The notes under the pieces: generated by a model
Seen by the model: the letters and a program-made list of their open reading frames with translations, nothing else
Databases searched by the model: none
What the model was told of the DNA's origin: nothing
Shown here: one piece after another, positions 1-8,999 of the stretch
How the letters are laid out: the number at the start of each line of letters is the position of its first letter
Numbering within the stretch: the first letter of the stretch is position 1
Translations under genes and position numbers: made by a program
IMG/VR virus record: IMGVR_UViG_3300035548_000648
Span: 1-33,947 of that record
Strand: one strand, 5' to 3'
DNA from: a virus
Lineage: Duplodnaviria; Caudoviricetes
Length of the DNA: 33,947 nt

Positions 1-534
1 ATGTATATGGCTGAGAGTGATATTGAGAAAAATGTTCTACGGCAAGGTGATATTGTCAATGATGTCCAATATTTAGGATGCATAAATACAAATAATATAC
101 GGTTTCAGATTAACGCAGATGGTCAGAAAGATGGATGGAGTTTTAGGAATGCACCTATCTTCGGTCCTGCCATGGTAGTTTCTCATTCATGTGAACTTGA
201 TCGCCAGAATGGTATAAAAATTACAAGTGTTATTTTGTGCCCTATTCGTGATATTAGTAAGGCCACAGCATCTGATAAATTCGATGAATTGAAGCAAACG
301 AATATAATCACCGATGAAACTGAAGTAAGTTATTTAAAATATTTTTATTTGCAGCCGAATCATCTTTTACCATATCATAGTGGTGCTGTGGTCGACTTTT
401 CGAAAGGTTTTAGTGTTCATAAAAATGCATATGATGATTTAGTAAATAAAAAGATTTTACAATTAACTGAATCTGTAGCAATTAATATGTCTCTAAAGCT
501 TTCTCTTTATTTTTATAGGACAAAAGGACAGTAG
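1..534 (+). CDS. Hypothetical protein, possibly PemK/MazF-like fold
   Basis: Pattern RQGDI...AMVVSHSCEL...VILCPI...AVVDF follows the strand order of PemK-like proteins; inference only. Confidence 0.45.
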   Translation: MYMAESDIEKNVLRQGDIVNDVQYLGCINTNNIRFQINADGQKDGWSFRNAPIFGPAMVVSHSCELDRQNGIKITSVILCPIRDISKATASDKFDELKQTNIITDETEVSYLKYFYLQPNHLLPYHSGAVVDFSKGFSVHKNAYDDLVNKKILQLTESVAINMSLKLSLYFYRTKGQ

Positions 535-785
535 TAACATAGCTTTCCTTTCTTGAGTCTTTTTCTATCTTAGAATGTTTGAGATATCTTCAAAAGAACC
601 AAGAAAATAGCTCGAATTGCTAAACTGGTGTCGATTGAACAATTTTTGATATTTTCGTGTAAAGAATTTATCCAGATAGAAGGAGAATCCTTTTATTTCT
701 TTTTCCTTTAGAATGAACGCTGTTTCTTAAGGTCGTCAACTAAAAGTGCGAAACTTTTAAGCGCTATCCCCAACTTAAGATATAT

Positions 786-1307
786 TTATAGAAAATTCTC
801 GTATTCATCTATAAAAGGGAATAAAACTTCTTCTGCTAACAATTTTGATAGTAGATCTCGAAACGAGCGATAAATATCAAAGTCTTTTTGTGTTAGTGTT
901 AAATTAAAATTTTCCATTATATTCTGATTATTTTTAACATTGAATTTATTATTACTGATAAGTCTCTTAAACAGCAAATATGCGTCTTTTGTTTCTCTGA
1001 TTCTATTATTTTCATTAACTTTTGTATTTTCTAATAATGAAATAATGTATTCATAGAAAATTATTAGAATAATAGTTTTAGTTTCGAGATAATATAAATT
1101 TATGTTTAATTTATCGCTTAAATATTTCTCTAATAAGTGATAAGTATATTCTCTTGTATTATCATTTTTGTTTTTACCCTCTTTTGGAAAAATATCTTGA
1201 AATAATTCTCTTTTATAGTATTTGAGAAAATTTTTAAGCTGCAGTTCATTTTTAACTTTTTTAAACTCCTCTATGGTATTTTTTGTCATTCCACTTCCTT
1301 GTAACAT
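786..1307 (-). CDS. Hypothetical protein (AT-rich cargo)
   Basis: 173-codon ORF in very AT-rich DNA with AGGAGA upstream on the minus strand; no recognisable motif. Confidence 0.6.
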   Translation of the reverse strand: MLQGSGMTKNTIEEFKKVKNELQLKNFLKYYKRELFQDIFPKEGKNKNDNTREYTYHLLEKYLSDKLNINLYYLETKTIILIIFYEYIISLLENTKVNENNRIRETKDAYLLFKRLISNNKFNVKNNQNIMENFNLTLTQKDFDIYRSFRDLLSKLLAEEVLFPFIDEYENFL

Positions 1308-2052
1308 AATAATCTTTCTCCTATAATAAATAATATTTTATATGGCAAATAGATAATCCGTAATACCTATTTACATTTATATAGTTACACTTTTTCTAAA
1401 AAGTAGAATCTTTTATAGATACGAAAATTTATTAGACTAAAAATGTAGAAGAATTTGAGCTATACCAAGGAATCCATTTTGAATATTATTCCAGTGTAGG
1501 TGGAGTAATAGGGATTTTCTGGGAAAAGGCGATTTACAGGCATAATCATGGCAATAGCTTTTTCCTATAGAGTGGCGTACGTAATATGTACGTCATCACA
1601 TCTTATTATTTGATGTCAGTTCTAATACCTTAAAGGAAATGGAAAAAACTGTTTGACAAAAGGGATCAGAATAACCTGCTGATTGATTATGATCGGGAGG
1701 ATCAGGTCACGTGAGTCTATTCTTCAGATTGAGGCAAAAAGAATTTGCGCAAGATTATTGACACTACCTCTTGATGAAGTTCCAGACAAGATACATCAAG
1801 TTGTATTTCTGAAACCCATCCGGTTTCTTGGTCTCGTTCGGATCTGTCTGATTAAAGGAGTATAGGTCCTCCCTGTGGAATGAATACTTTTCCTATCGTG
1901 TAGACTAAAAGTAGTTTTGTGATGCAAAAATAGAAGTCATTTCATAATTGTGTCACTTAAGCAACACAATGGTTCTAATACATATATCCAGATAGCTCTT
2001 TAAGAATTTACTGTTTTCATAATTCGTGTCGAATCTGCATATTTTTCATGTT

Positions 2053-3891
2053 TTATATTTCTGAAAGACATTTAATAATATACCCTTTCATTGAGTTCCA
2101 ACTTTCTATAATTAGATGAGCATCTATAGGATGTTCGTGATGAATATATTGATTTAAACTATCAATTAGTTTTTCATCTTTGATTTTTTTCCCCCATATT
2201 TGAATTGTCTTTATACTAAGGGGATCACCCTTTTGGTGTTTTTTTGATAGATAATTTATCACTTTTACGAGTGCAGCTTCCAACGAATTATCTACAAATA
2301 TTACGCTTGTATTTTTTGTTGTATAATATTTTGTAGCGCTCTCTAACAAAGCACGATATAAAAATGTTATTGAGTATCGATGAACTTGTAAATCCAATTT
2401 GCTAAGTTCAAAAACGATATTGTAAATCTTATTCCCCAAATCATTAACACCATTCAACCTATCTATAATATTCCCTTCTTCCTTTGTGAAAATTAAATTC
2501 TTTGGAATATTCTTTTTGGGTTTATATAAAGATTCTGGCGTATAATTACTGTTTCCTAACTTTTCAACTGACGAGTCAATATTATTTTGCTCTCTATAAT
2601 TATTACTATTTCTTTGAGGAGGAGTATCATTTGCCATATTAATATTCGAATTGTTATTTTTTTCCTCTTCTGAAACCTTATAACTCGGATTTTTATCAGC
2701 AACATCTATATTGAATACTGAAAACATTACTACGCCTTTAAGCAAGTATAATAATTTTCTAAAAATAGTATCTTGTATAAAATCTGCTCGTTCATTCGAA
2801 ATTTTTAGGGCTTCCTTGTTTTCATTAAAAGAGGGGAAATTTACATAGCCAAAAACTGTATGTGGTTTTACGCGTGTATTTTTTTTCCGTTGTGAATAAT
2901 CAGCCAAACCCAACCAGTCATTTTCTTCAGCTAAATAGTTGTAAAGAGCAAAATCATTGATGTAAACATTCACACCTGCCCCATATGTCCTTAGTTGAGA
3001 ACCTGCGCTATTTCTTTCATAAACTAATATCCTTCCTTCAAAGGATGGTACATTATCAAAATTGGAAAACGTAAAATTTGTATTGGTTCTAGTCGGGATA
3101 GTATATTTTATTTTATATTTTTCTAACATAACCTTTTCTAGGCCATTTAAACTAAAATCTGTAAAAATTACTTCCTCACTATTGATAGCCTTATTAGGGG
3201 AATTTAAACAAAATGTGATTTGCTTGCTATTTTTATTATAACTAAAATTTATATCATACAGCATTGGAGGAAACTTACATAAAAAATTAATTTTTACTGG
3301 TTCTTGGTTATTAATATGTAATGTCATCTGGGGGAATGGTATTTCATTGCTCTTATAAAGATTTGTACATATATGACGTAGTTTTCTAACCTCTGGCTCT
3401 GATGAAAGAAATCTAATTGTCTCAATATCAACTTCTTGGAGTATGATTCTGGTGAAATGTCGTTCAAACTCTTCTTTTAAGATCTGTTCATCGACTGTGC
3501 CTGTTTCTTTATTTAATAGTATTTTATAAGTATTTTGATCTTTTGGGGTCGTAATAATTGCTGCTTTGTTACAAAGTAAAAATACAGATAATAAACCTAA
3601 TCCTTTACTTCCAGTTAAAAACATACCGTTTTCATTCTTTAAATTATCCGCATTCTTTTTTTCTGAAATGCCAGGCATATAAAGATTTTCAATCTCATTA
3701 ATTGACAATCCTTTATAATCATTTTCAACTACAATGGTTCTGTCGTTCAAATCATAAGAAACTAAGATATTTTTTGCAGAGGCATCTACGGCATTCTTAA
3801 TAAGTTCTGCTATTACAATTAAAGGGCTACCTACTGTACCCATTATTTCTGCTATTTGCCTTGAATCCATTTTAAAATGTTTTATCGCCAT
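2053..3891 (-). CDS. GHKL (HATPase_c/MORC-like) ATPase with low-complexity linker and C-terminal HEPN-like helical domain
   Basis: N-box IAELIKNAVDA, G-box TGSKGLGLLS, NERADF motif, Asn-rich linker, and C-terminal YRALLE...SLNQYIH. Confidence 0.75.
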   Translation of the reverse strand: MAIKHFKMDSRQIAEIMGTVGSPLIVIAELIKNAVDASAKNILVSYDLNDRTIVVENDYKGLSINEIENLYMPGISEKKNADNLKNENGMFLTGSKGLGLLSVFLLCNKAAIITTPKDQNTYKILLNKETGTVDEQILKEEFERHFTRIILQEVDIETIRFLSSEPEVRKLRHICTNLYKSNEIPFPQMTLHINNQEPVKINFLCKFPPMLYDINFSYNKNSKQITFCLNSPNKAINSEEVIFTDFSLNGLEKVMLEKYKIKYTIPTRTNTNFTFSNFDNVPSFEGRILVYERNSAGSQLRTYGAGVNVYINDFALYNYLAEENDWLGLADYSQRKKNTRVKPHTVFGYVNFPSFNENKEALKISNERADFIQDTIFRKLLYLLKGVVMFSVFNIDVADKNPSYKVSEEEKNNNSNINMANDTPPQRNSNNYREQNNIDSSVEKLGNSNYTPESLYKPKKNIPKNLIFTKEEGNIIDRLNGVNDLGNKIYNIVFELSKLDLQVHRYSITFLYRALLESATKYYTTKNTSVIFVDNSLEAALVKVINYLSKKHQKGDPLSIKTIQIWGKKIKDEKLIDSLNQYIHHEHPIDAHLIIESWNSMKGYIIKCLSEI

Positions 3892-3892
3892 A

Positions 3893-5137
3893 TTATCTCT
3901 CCTTTTTATATACTTTCACATATTCTTTGCTCATAGAACTAACGGACCCATGGCTTTTTACTTTAGATACTCTTAGAGGCATTCTTTTCCCGACAATTTT
4001 TCTTGTAATCTTTGAATATAATTTTAATCCGTATTTTTCTGCTAACATATCATTAAATAAATCAAATCTTACTTCTTGATTGTCAACGCGACGGTTCCCT
4101 AAAGTTAAAACCATGAGCTTCCCAGGTTTTAACGCTTTTGCTAATAACTTAAAAGTTATTTCATAATCATAAAAAAACGAAATTACTTTCTTTTGTTTAT
4201 CTTTTGATATGGATTTTATATATTTTGAATAGTCTTGAAATTTATTTAAATCTCTTTTTACTTTTCCACCTAAACTTAGACTATCAATCTTTGTAAACGT
4301 ATCAAGTAAATTATCATTCCAAATCGGTAAATCTTTTTTATCAATCCACAGTAAGGGAAGGATAGAGAACTGACCATATGGAACTGTAGTTTGATTATCA
4401 CCATATGGTGGTGAAGTACAGATCAAATCTAAAGATTCAGAAGGTATGCAGCTTAAAAGCTCCTTTGAATCACCACATCTAATATCTATCTTATTCTTAT
4501 TATGATAGAGAAACTTAGTATATTGTTGTCTTATATGTTGCTTAAATGAATCTATCGAATCGTCTACTGTATTCGCTATTTGGATCTCTTTTTTTATATG
4601 CAATTTGAATGTTGACGTCCTTGTATTACTATAGCGTTTTACTATTTCGGCAAAGCAACACCAAAAAAAATATCGAATTTGTTTGTCTGGTTCGCCCATA
4701 ATTGCCTTACGGATAACGCTTAATGATAAAATAATATCATCGTTAAACCATTTATTTATATTTTGAAATTGATATGGTTCAACATTTCCTAATAACATTG
4801 TAATTCGAGAATTTAATGCTTCAATCTTATCAGTAGCATTATTTATAGGAATTCCTTCTAATTTAACTTTTGTTATTAAAACAGCCAATGGGTTAATATC
4901 AAACCCCATTACATCTAATCCAAATTTCTGACCTTCATAAAGAACTGTCCCCGACCCAAAGAATGGGTCAAAAATATTTTTTATTGAACCATCGGAATTA
5001 ATAATCTCTTTTATAATGCATTCTTGCATTGGGGCAACCATAACAGCTGGATATCTGACGATAGGAGATGTATTTCGATATTTAGAAAAATTCCAATAGT
5101 TTTTTTCATAAGTGTTTAATTTTTCTGCAAGCGTCAT
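3893..5137 (-). CDS. Amino-DNA methyltransferase, alpha-type motif order, probably N4-cytosine
   Basis: Motif X YPA, motif I FDPFFGSGT, motif IV TSPPY, and LKPG...GNR. It stops 1 nt before the ATPase start. Confidence 0.9.
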   Translation of the reverse strand: MTLAEKLNTYEKNYWNFSKYRNTSPIVRYPAVMVAPMQECIIKEIINSDGSIKNIFDPFFGSGTVLYEGQKFGLDVMGFDINPLAVLITKVKLEGIPINNATDKIEALNSRITMLLGNVEPYQFQNINKWFNDDIILSLSVIRKAIMGEPDKQIRYFFWCCFAEIVKRYSNTRTSTFKLHIKKEIQIANTVDDSIDSFKQHIRQQYTKFLYHNKNKIDIRCGDSKELLSCIPSESLDLICTSPPYGDNQTTVPYGQFSILPLLWIDKKDLPIWNDNLLDTFTKIDSLSLGGKVKRDLNKFQDYSKYIKSISKDKQKKVISFFYDYEITFKLLAKALKPGKLMVLTLGNRRVDNQEVRFDLFNDMLAEKYGLKLYSKITRKIVGKRMPLRVSKVKSHGSVSSMSKEYVKVYKKER

Positions 5138-5459
5138 AGCTTTTTCCTTATATGGATATTATAAAACAGATTCTAAAAAGACTTAACAAGCGAAAATTCA
5201 GCGTCTCCTTATAATAAAGGGATTTACAGGTTCATTCATTGTAAATGATCAATATAATGACTAAACAATCCCCTTTACATCATAGATATAAAGTATGAAC
5301 GTGATATTTATATGTAGAAAGTCGACTATAATTCATACTTATATCTAAGGCTTTATATAAATAATTGTAAACCAACTATTTTCACAGTACAACAAAAAAC
5401 TCAACTTTCTCTATCAGCTTGCTATCGTGGGAACCGTATAATCTTGCATTCCCTAGCTT

Positions 5460-5801
5460 CTACGCCTCTCTCTTAGTTTTTTGTGATGATCGTTCGGCCA
5501 GGCCTGCTGCTAACATTCTGACAGTCTCAAGGTCCTTCTCGTCCAGTACTTCCAAATCTGCAACGATATCAGCATAGCGTTTCGGCGGCTGCCAGTTGTC
5601 CGGATTCTTGCCTGTTACCAGGTATTCAACGGTAGTATCAAGGGCCTCGGCTATCGCAACAACCTGATCTGCGCGTGGAACTGTATTCCTCTGCACCCAA
5701 CGACTAAAAGTATCAGCCCTCGTGCCGATCTTCTTTGCAACCCAATCTTGAGTCGTTTGTTCTTCTGATATGCGTTTCTTTACTCGTCCCCAAAATCCCA
5801 T
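5460..5801 (-). CDS. XRE-family HTH repressor, switch 1
   Basis: HTH TQDWVAKKIG-TRADTFSRW...IAEALDTTVEYLVTG; divergent from a small partner gene. Confidence 0.9.
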   Translation of the reverse strand: MGFWGRVKKRISEEQTTQDWVAKKIGTRADTFSRWVQRNTVPRADQVVAIAEALDTTVEYLVTGKNPDNWQPPKRYADIVADLEVLDEKDLETVRMLAAGLAERSSQKTKREA

Positions 5802-5833
5802 AGTGAATATATCGGTATTTTATCATAAAAAAA

Positions 5834-5913
5834 TATGCAAATGTGCCTAAAAATATCTTGATATATAGGCGAAAATGCCTATAATAAAATCATGAAATCG
5901 GCAAAAATGCCTA
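5834..5913. promoter_or_regulatory. Switch 1: three 16-bp operators (TAGGC-N6-GCCTA type) and a rightward sigma70-type promoter
   Basis: tatgc-aaatgt-gccta 5834-5849, taggc-gaaaat-gccta 5866-5881 and tcggc-aaaaat-gccta 5898-5913, at an exact 32-bp period. TTGATA 5858-5863 and TATAAT 5880-5885. Confidence 0.85.
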
Positions 5914-6164
5914 ATAAGGCGACTATACGATTACCTCTTGCTGTTTATGTCAATGAGAACGAAAAACAGAAAATTGATCAATTTTTTTTAGTACGCCCAA
6001 AGCTCAAGAAGGGCGAAACAGTCAAAGAGTGGATCATACGGGCAATATCCACAGAAGAAGCTATCCAATCCGGCAACACACAACTTGATTCGAAACAATT
6101 CAAAAGCAAAACAGTAGAAGAGGTAACAAACAATGAGATCAGATCAGAAAGCAAACAAGATTGA
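5892..6164 (+). CDS. Cro-position small protein of switch 1 (ribbon-helix-helix-like)
   Basis: Divergent from the repressor. Alternating strand LPLAVYV followed by helices; shares a C-terminal motif with 7542..7745. Confidence 0.7.
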   Translation: MKSAKMPNKATIRLPLAVYVNENEKQKIDQFFLVRPKLKKGETVKEWIIRAISTEEAIQSGNTQLDSKQFKSKTVEEVTNNEIRSESKQD

Positions 6165-6363
6165 AGTCGTTCCGGAAAGAACCGGCGTTATTCAGCCCTG
6201 GAGTGATGTGCTTACTACACGAAAGCCATCTCTTGCCGGTGCCATAAGTGACGCGGTGAAAGAGGCCGGATACGAAGTACAGAACTTGGATCTTATCAAC
6301 CTGCAAGCAGGTGAAAAGATATATATCGATATGACCGTCGTCAAAGCAGATCAAGACGAATAG
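6133..6363 (+). CDS. Hypothetical phage protein
   Basis: GAGGT upstream; overlaps the preceding gene in the same operon. Confidence 0.6.
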   Translation: MRSDQKANKIEVVPERTGVIQPWSDVLTTRKPSLAGAISDAVKEAGYEVQNLDLINLQAGEKIYIDMTVVKADQDE

Positions 6364-6380
6364 GGACAAGGAGAACAGAA

Positions 6381-6542
6381 ATGGCATTAAACGAAGACAA
6401 TCAGCAGCTTATAACGCTCATTAACGAGCTTGATAGCAGTGGGTACCTAATCAGAAAGATTTCTGAGCGGCCTTCATTGTGTCCTGTAAGAGAATTCGAG
6501 CTTCTTATTGAAGAGAAGCCAAGAAAGCAGGAACAGAAATAG
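6381..6542 (+). CDS. Hypothetical 53-aa protein (MALNEDNQQL...), not in the ORF track
   Basis: AAGGAG RBS, ATG at 6381, TAG at 6540-6542; fills the operon gap. Confidence 0.65.
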   Translation: MALNEDNQQLITLINELDSSGYLIRKISERPSLCPVREFELLIEEKPRKQEQK

Positions 6543-6554
6543 GGAACAACGGCT

Positions 6555-6980
6555 ATGAAAGAAATCGAGAGTGATATCGGCATACGGCTTGATCAGGCAT
6601 TTGGATCATTGACGCAGGCCATTGAGGAGCTTTGTGAGGCGACCGCAGAAGCGCTCAAGCCGCGGCGATATCTCTACGACCTGAAAACCTGTTGCAGTAT
6701 CAAGGGGGATAATTACCACAGCGTTTCTACCAACCGACATATGCAGCCGATGGCAGGGTATTCGAATCATACAGAAGGCCGGAAACGAATGTGGACGGAA
6801 GAACAGCTTCAAGAATGGGTGACGATCACATCGGAGACGCGGGCACTGTACCTGGAATCATTGTTAACGCGTCCGGATGTAGGCGACGGTGTGCTTGCTG
6901 AGCTCATGGCCCAGCATTCGGCTGGAACTCTTCCCGATTATCTTGTGTCTGTTATTGAGGGCAATATTTGCCGGCATTGA
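6555..6980 (+). CDS. Possible excisionase-like winged-HTH protein
   Basis: YLYDLKTCC...GRKRMWTEEQLQEW resembles the Xis/AlpA wing and terminal helix; inference. Confidence 0.45.
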   Translation: MKEIESDIGIRLDQAFGSLTQAIEELCEATAEALKPRRYLYDLKTCCSIKGDNYHSVSTNRHMQPMAGYSNHTEGRKRMWTEEQLQEWVTITSETRALYLESLLTRPDVGDGVLAELMAQHSAGTLPDYLVSVIEGNICRH

Positions 6981-7118
6981 GTCTGTGGCCTGAGCGTTGC
7001 CACGAAAGAAGCATAGCGTTCGTTTACGAGGGGAGAGTAAGGTTCCGGACTTCACCGTGCGGAACCTCAGATCAAGGATCTTTGACAAATAAGAGAAGGG
7101 TTTTACAGCTACCTGGCT

Positions 7119-7463
7119 TCATGTTTCTTTCTGGGGTTTGTTTCGCTTTCTGGAGGCGTACCCCTCGGCAAGGACTTTTACGGCCTCAAGTTCCGAGTCG
7201 TCAAGCTCTTCGAGCAGTTTTACAATATCGGCGTAGCGTTTCGGAGGCTGCCAGGTATCTGAAGATTTACCAGTTACAAGGTATTCTACAGTGGTATCCA
7301 AAGCTTCGGCCAGTTTAACAGCGACATCGGCTGTGGGGTAATTCTTACGGTATTTCCACATTGAGATAGCGCTCACTGATATGCCAAGCTCGTCAGCAAG
7401 CTTTTTTCTATTGTAGGTACCTTTCGTTTTAGAATCTAAGCGATCCCAGAAATCTGCATCCAT
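7119..7463 (-). CDS. XRE-family HTH repressor, switch 2 (paralog of 5460..5801)
   Basis: HTH RKKLADELG-ISVSAISMW...LAEALDTTVEYLVTGK...WQPPKRYADIV. Confidence 0.9.
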   Translation of the reverse strand: MDADFWDRLDSKTKGTYNRKKLADELGISVSAISMWKYRKNYPTADVAVKLAEALDTTVEYLVTGKSSDTWQPPKRYADIVKLLEELDDSELEAVKVLAEGYASRKRNKPQKET

Positions 7464-7483
7464 GCTTATTACATCGGCAAGAA

Positions 7484-7560
7484 TAACACAATTGTGACAG
7501 AAATGTTTGACAAATACACATATGTGTTATAATATCAAATTATGAAACACAATTGTGGTA
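7484..7560. promoter_or_regulatory. Switch 2: three palindromic operators (CACAWWTGTG) and a rightward sigma70-type promoter
   Basis: cacaattgtg 7487-7496, cacatatgtg 7517-7526 and cacaattgtg 7548-7557. TTGACA 7507-7512 with TATAAT 7528-7533 or TAATAT 7530-7535. Confidence 0.85.
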
Positions 7561-7745
7561 ATAAGCCTGCGATACGAGTTGAATTGAACCAAGACACAAT
7601 GAATCGAATTGTAAACGGACCTTTAAGGATAACGGGCGGGAAAGGCGCGGCTCCTTGGGTTCGCAAGCTCATCATCAAGGAACTTGACCGATACGAAACC
7701 ATTCAATCCGGCAAAACGCAAATCAACTCAAAGCTATTCGAATAG
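7542..7745 (+). CDS. Cro-position small protein of switch 2 (ribbon-helix-helix-like)
   Basis: Divergent from the repressor; strand PAIRVEL, helix APWVRKLI, tail IQSGKTQINSKLF. Confidence 0.72.
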   Translation: MKHNCGNKPAIRVELNQDTMNRIVNGPLRITGGKGAAPWVRKLIIKELDRYETIQSGKTQINSKLFE

Positions 7746-7754
7746 ATGAGACAA

Positions 7755-7826
7755 AGCAGGGTGGTGTAGGGGAAACATGCGGGGCTCATATCCCCGTCGC
7801 CCTGGGTTCGAATCCCAGTCCTGCAA
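7755..7826 (+). tRNA. tRNA-Met(CAT), initiator-like, no encoded CCA
   Basis: Acceptor agcaggg/tcctgca with a 1:72 mismatch, D stem gtgt/acat, anticodon stem cgggg/ccccg with loop ct-CAT-at, T arm ctggg-ttcgaat-cccag, discriminator A. Confidence 0.9.
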
Positions 7827-7856
7827 TCCTACAAATCAAAAATTGAAGGAGGACCA

Positions 7857-8204
7857 ATGGCAGAAGATTACAAGCGGGTCACGATAGAGACCCTCAACAA
7901 AGGCGCTGTCATCGACCTTTTTGACGAAGCCTGGCAGCAGATCATGGACAACATTGCAGACGACAACTGTGATGCCCAGATCACCCGGGAAGTCACCGTC
8001 AGCGTGAAGGTGAAACCGTCAAAGGACCGGACCAGTGCAAACACAATCTGCGGTGTAAAGACGAAGCTTGCACCGATCAAACCGACGGAATCGTTCGTGT
8101 TGTTCTCAAAAAACGGAGGCTCAATGGAAGCCTACACGACCGATCCGCGACAGCAGGACCTTCCCATGGAAGAGAACATCGTACAAATGCAGGGGGCAAA
8201 GTAA
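7857..8204 (+). CDS. Conserved-type phage early protein (hypothetical)
   Basis: Strong AAGGAGG RBS; NIADDN...REVTVSVKVKP pattern; abuts the next gene. Confidence 0.75.
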   Translation: MAEDYKRVTIETLNKGAVIDLFDEAWQQIMDNIADDNCDAQITREVTVSVKVKPSKDRTSANTICGVKTKLAPIKPTESFVLFSKNGGSMEAYTTDPRQQDLPMEENIVQMQGAK

Positions 8205-8939
8205 ATGGACGGAACAGCCGTACAGGAAATTGCAAAACTCCGGGAGGAAAGCCTGGAGATGGAAGTAGATGGGATCAAGTATGCATCCCCGAATCTCGAA
8301 CCTATTCTATTTGAACCTCACCCGGACGGGTTGAAGCTCGAAACGCTGCAGGGGCTTGTCGACTTACTCGATGAGCCGATCGACAAGGAACTGGAAAACA
8401 GAGAAGAGCTACTCATTCACGTTGTGTCCTACAAAAAGGTTCGTCTTTACGGGGAACTTGCCGGACGTAAACGTCAGCGTGATCTCTATGCCGAGGTCAA
8501 TCTGAGTGACGGCTTTGAGACCTTTCCTTTCAGCCGGTTCATGGTAAGCGAAGAATTTTAAATCAAACTCCGCTCACTCTTTCAGTCTACCGATGACCTT
8601 GAGGCCCTTATGCCCTTTGTATCTCGACTGACGGTAACCGATGAGGTCGGCGTGCATGATGACGGGATCACTCAGGAGGTATCGGTAAAGCGAGGCATGA
8701 GTGGAGCCCTGAAAGAGCCCGGTTCATTCAAACCAATCGTAGTACTCAAGCCGTACCGGACCTTCCGGGAGATCGACCAGCCTGAGAGCCAGTTACTTTT
8801 CCGTATGAAAGCGGAAGAAGGGAAGGTTCCTACCCTGGCGTTGTTCGAGGCTGACGGAGGGAAGTGGAAGATCGAAGCGGTGCAGAGGATTGCAGAGTAT
8901 TTCCTTGAACGCCTGGACGGTATCAAGGTCGTTTCATAG
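8205..8939 (+). pseudogene. Phage early protein split by an in-frame TAA at 8559-8561
   Basis: ORFs 8205..8561 and 8610..8939 share one frame, and the text reads through as SEEF*IKLRSLFQST. Confidence 0.75.
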
Positions 8940-8999
8940 AACTGCCGCCGGTCAGTGAACCGGCAATTTACTTCCGCGAAAGCGGGAAAGGAGAAAAGC

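Noticed and set aside
535-785. Possible frameshifted continuation of ORF 786..1307
   Set aside because: Several short frames exist and none is distinguishable from chance.
1640-1865. 60-aa ORF 1683..1865 and nearby coding-like fragments
   Set aside because: Weak start and no motif; possibly a gene remnant, but not supportable.
8559-8561. Stop-codon reassignment or suppression by the tRNA-like RNAs
   Set aside because: TAA ends many genes normally here, and no element has a UUA anticodon.
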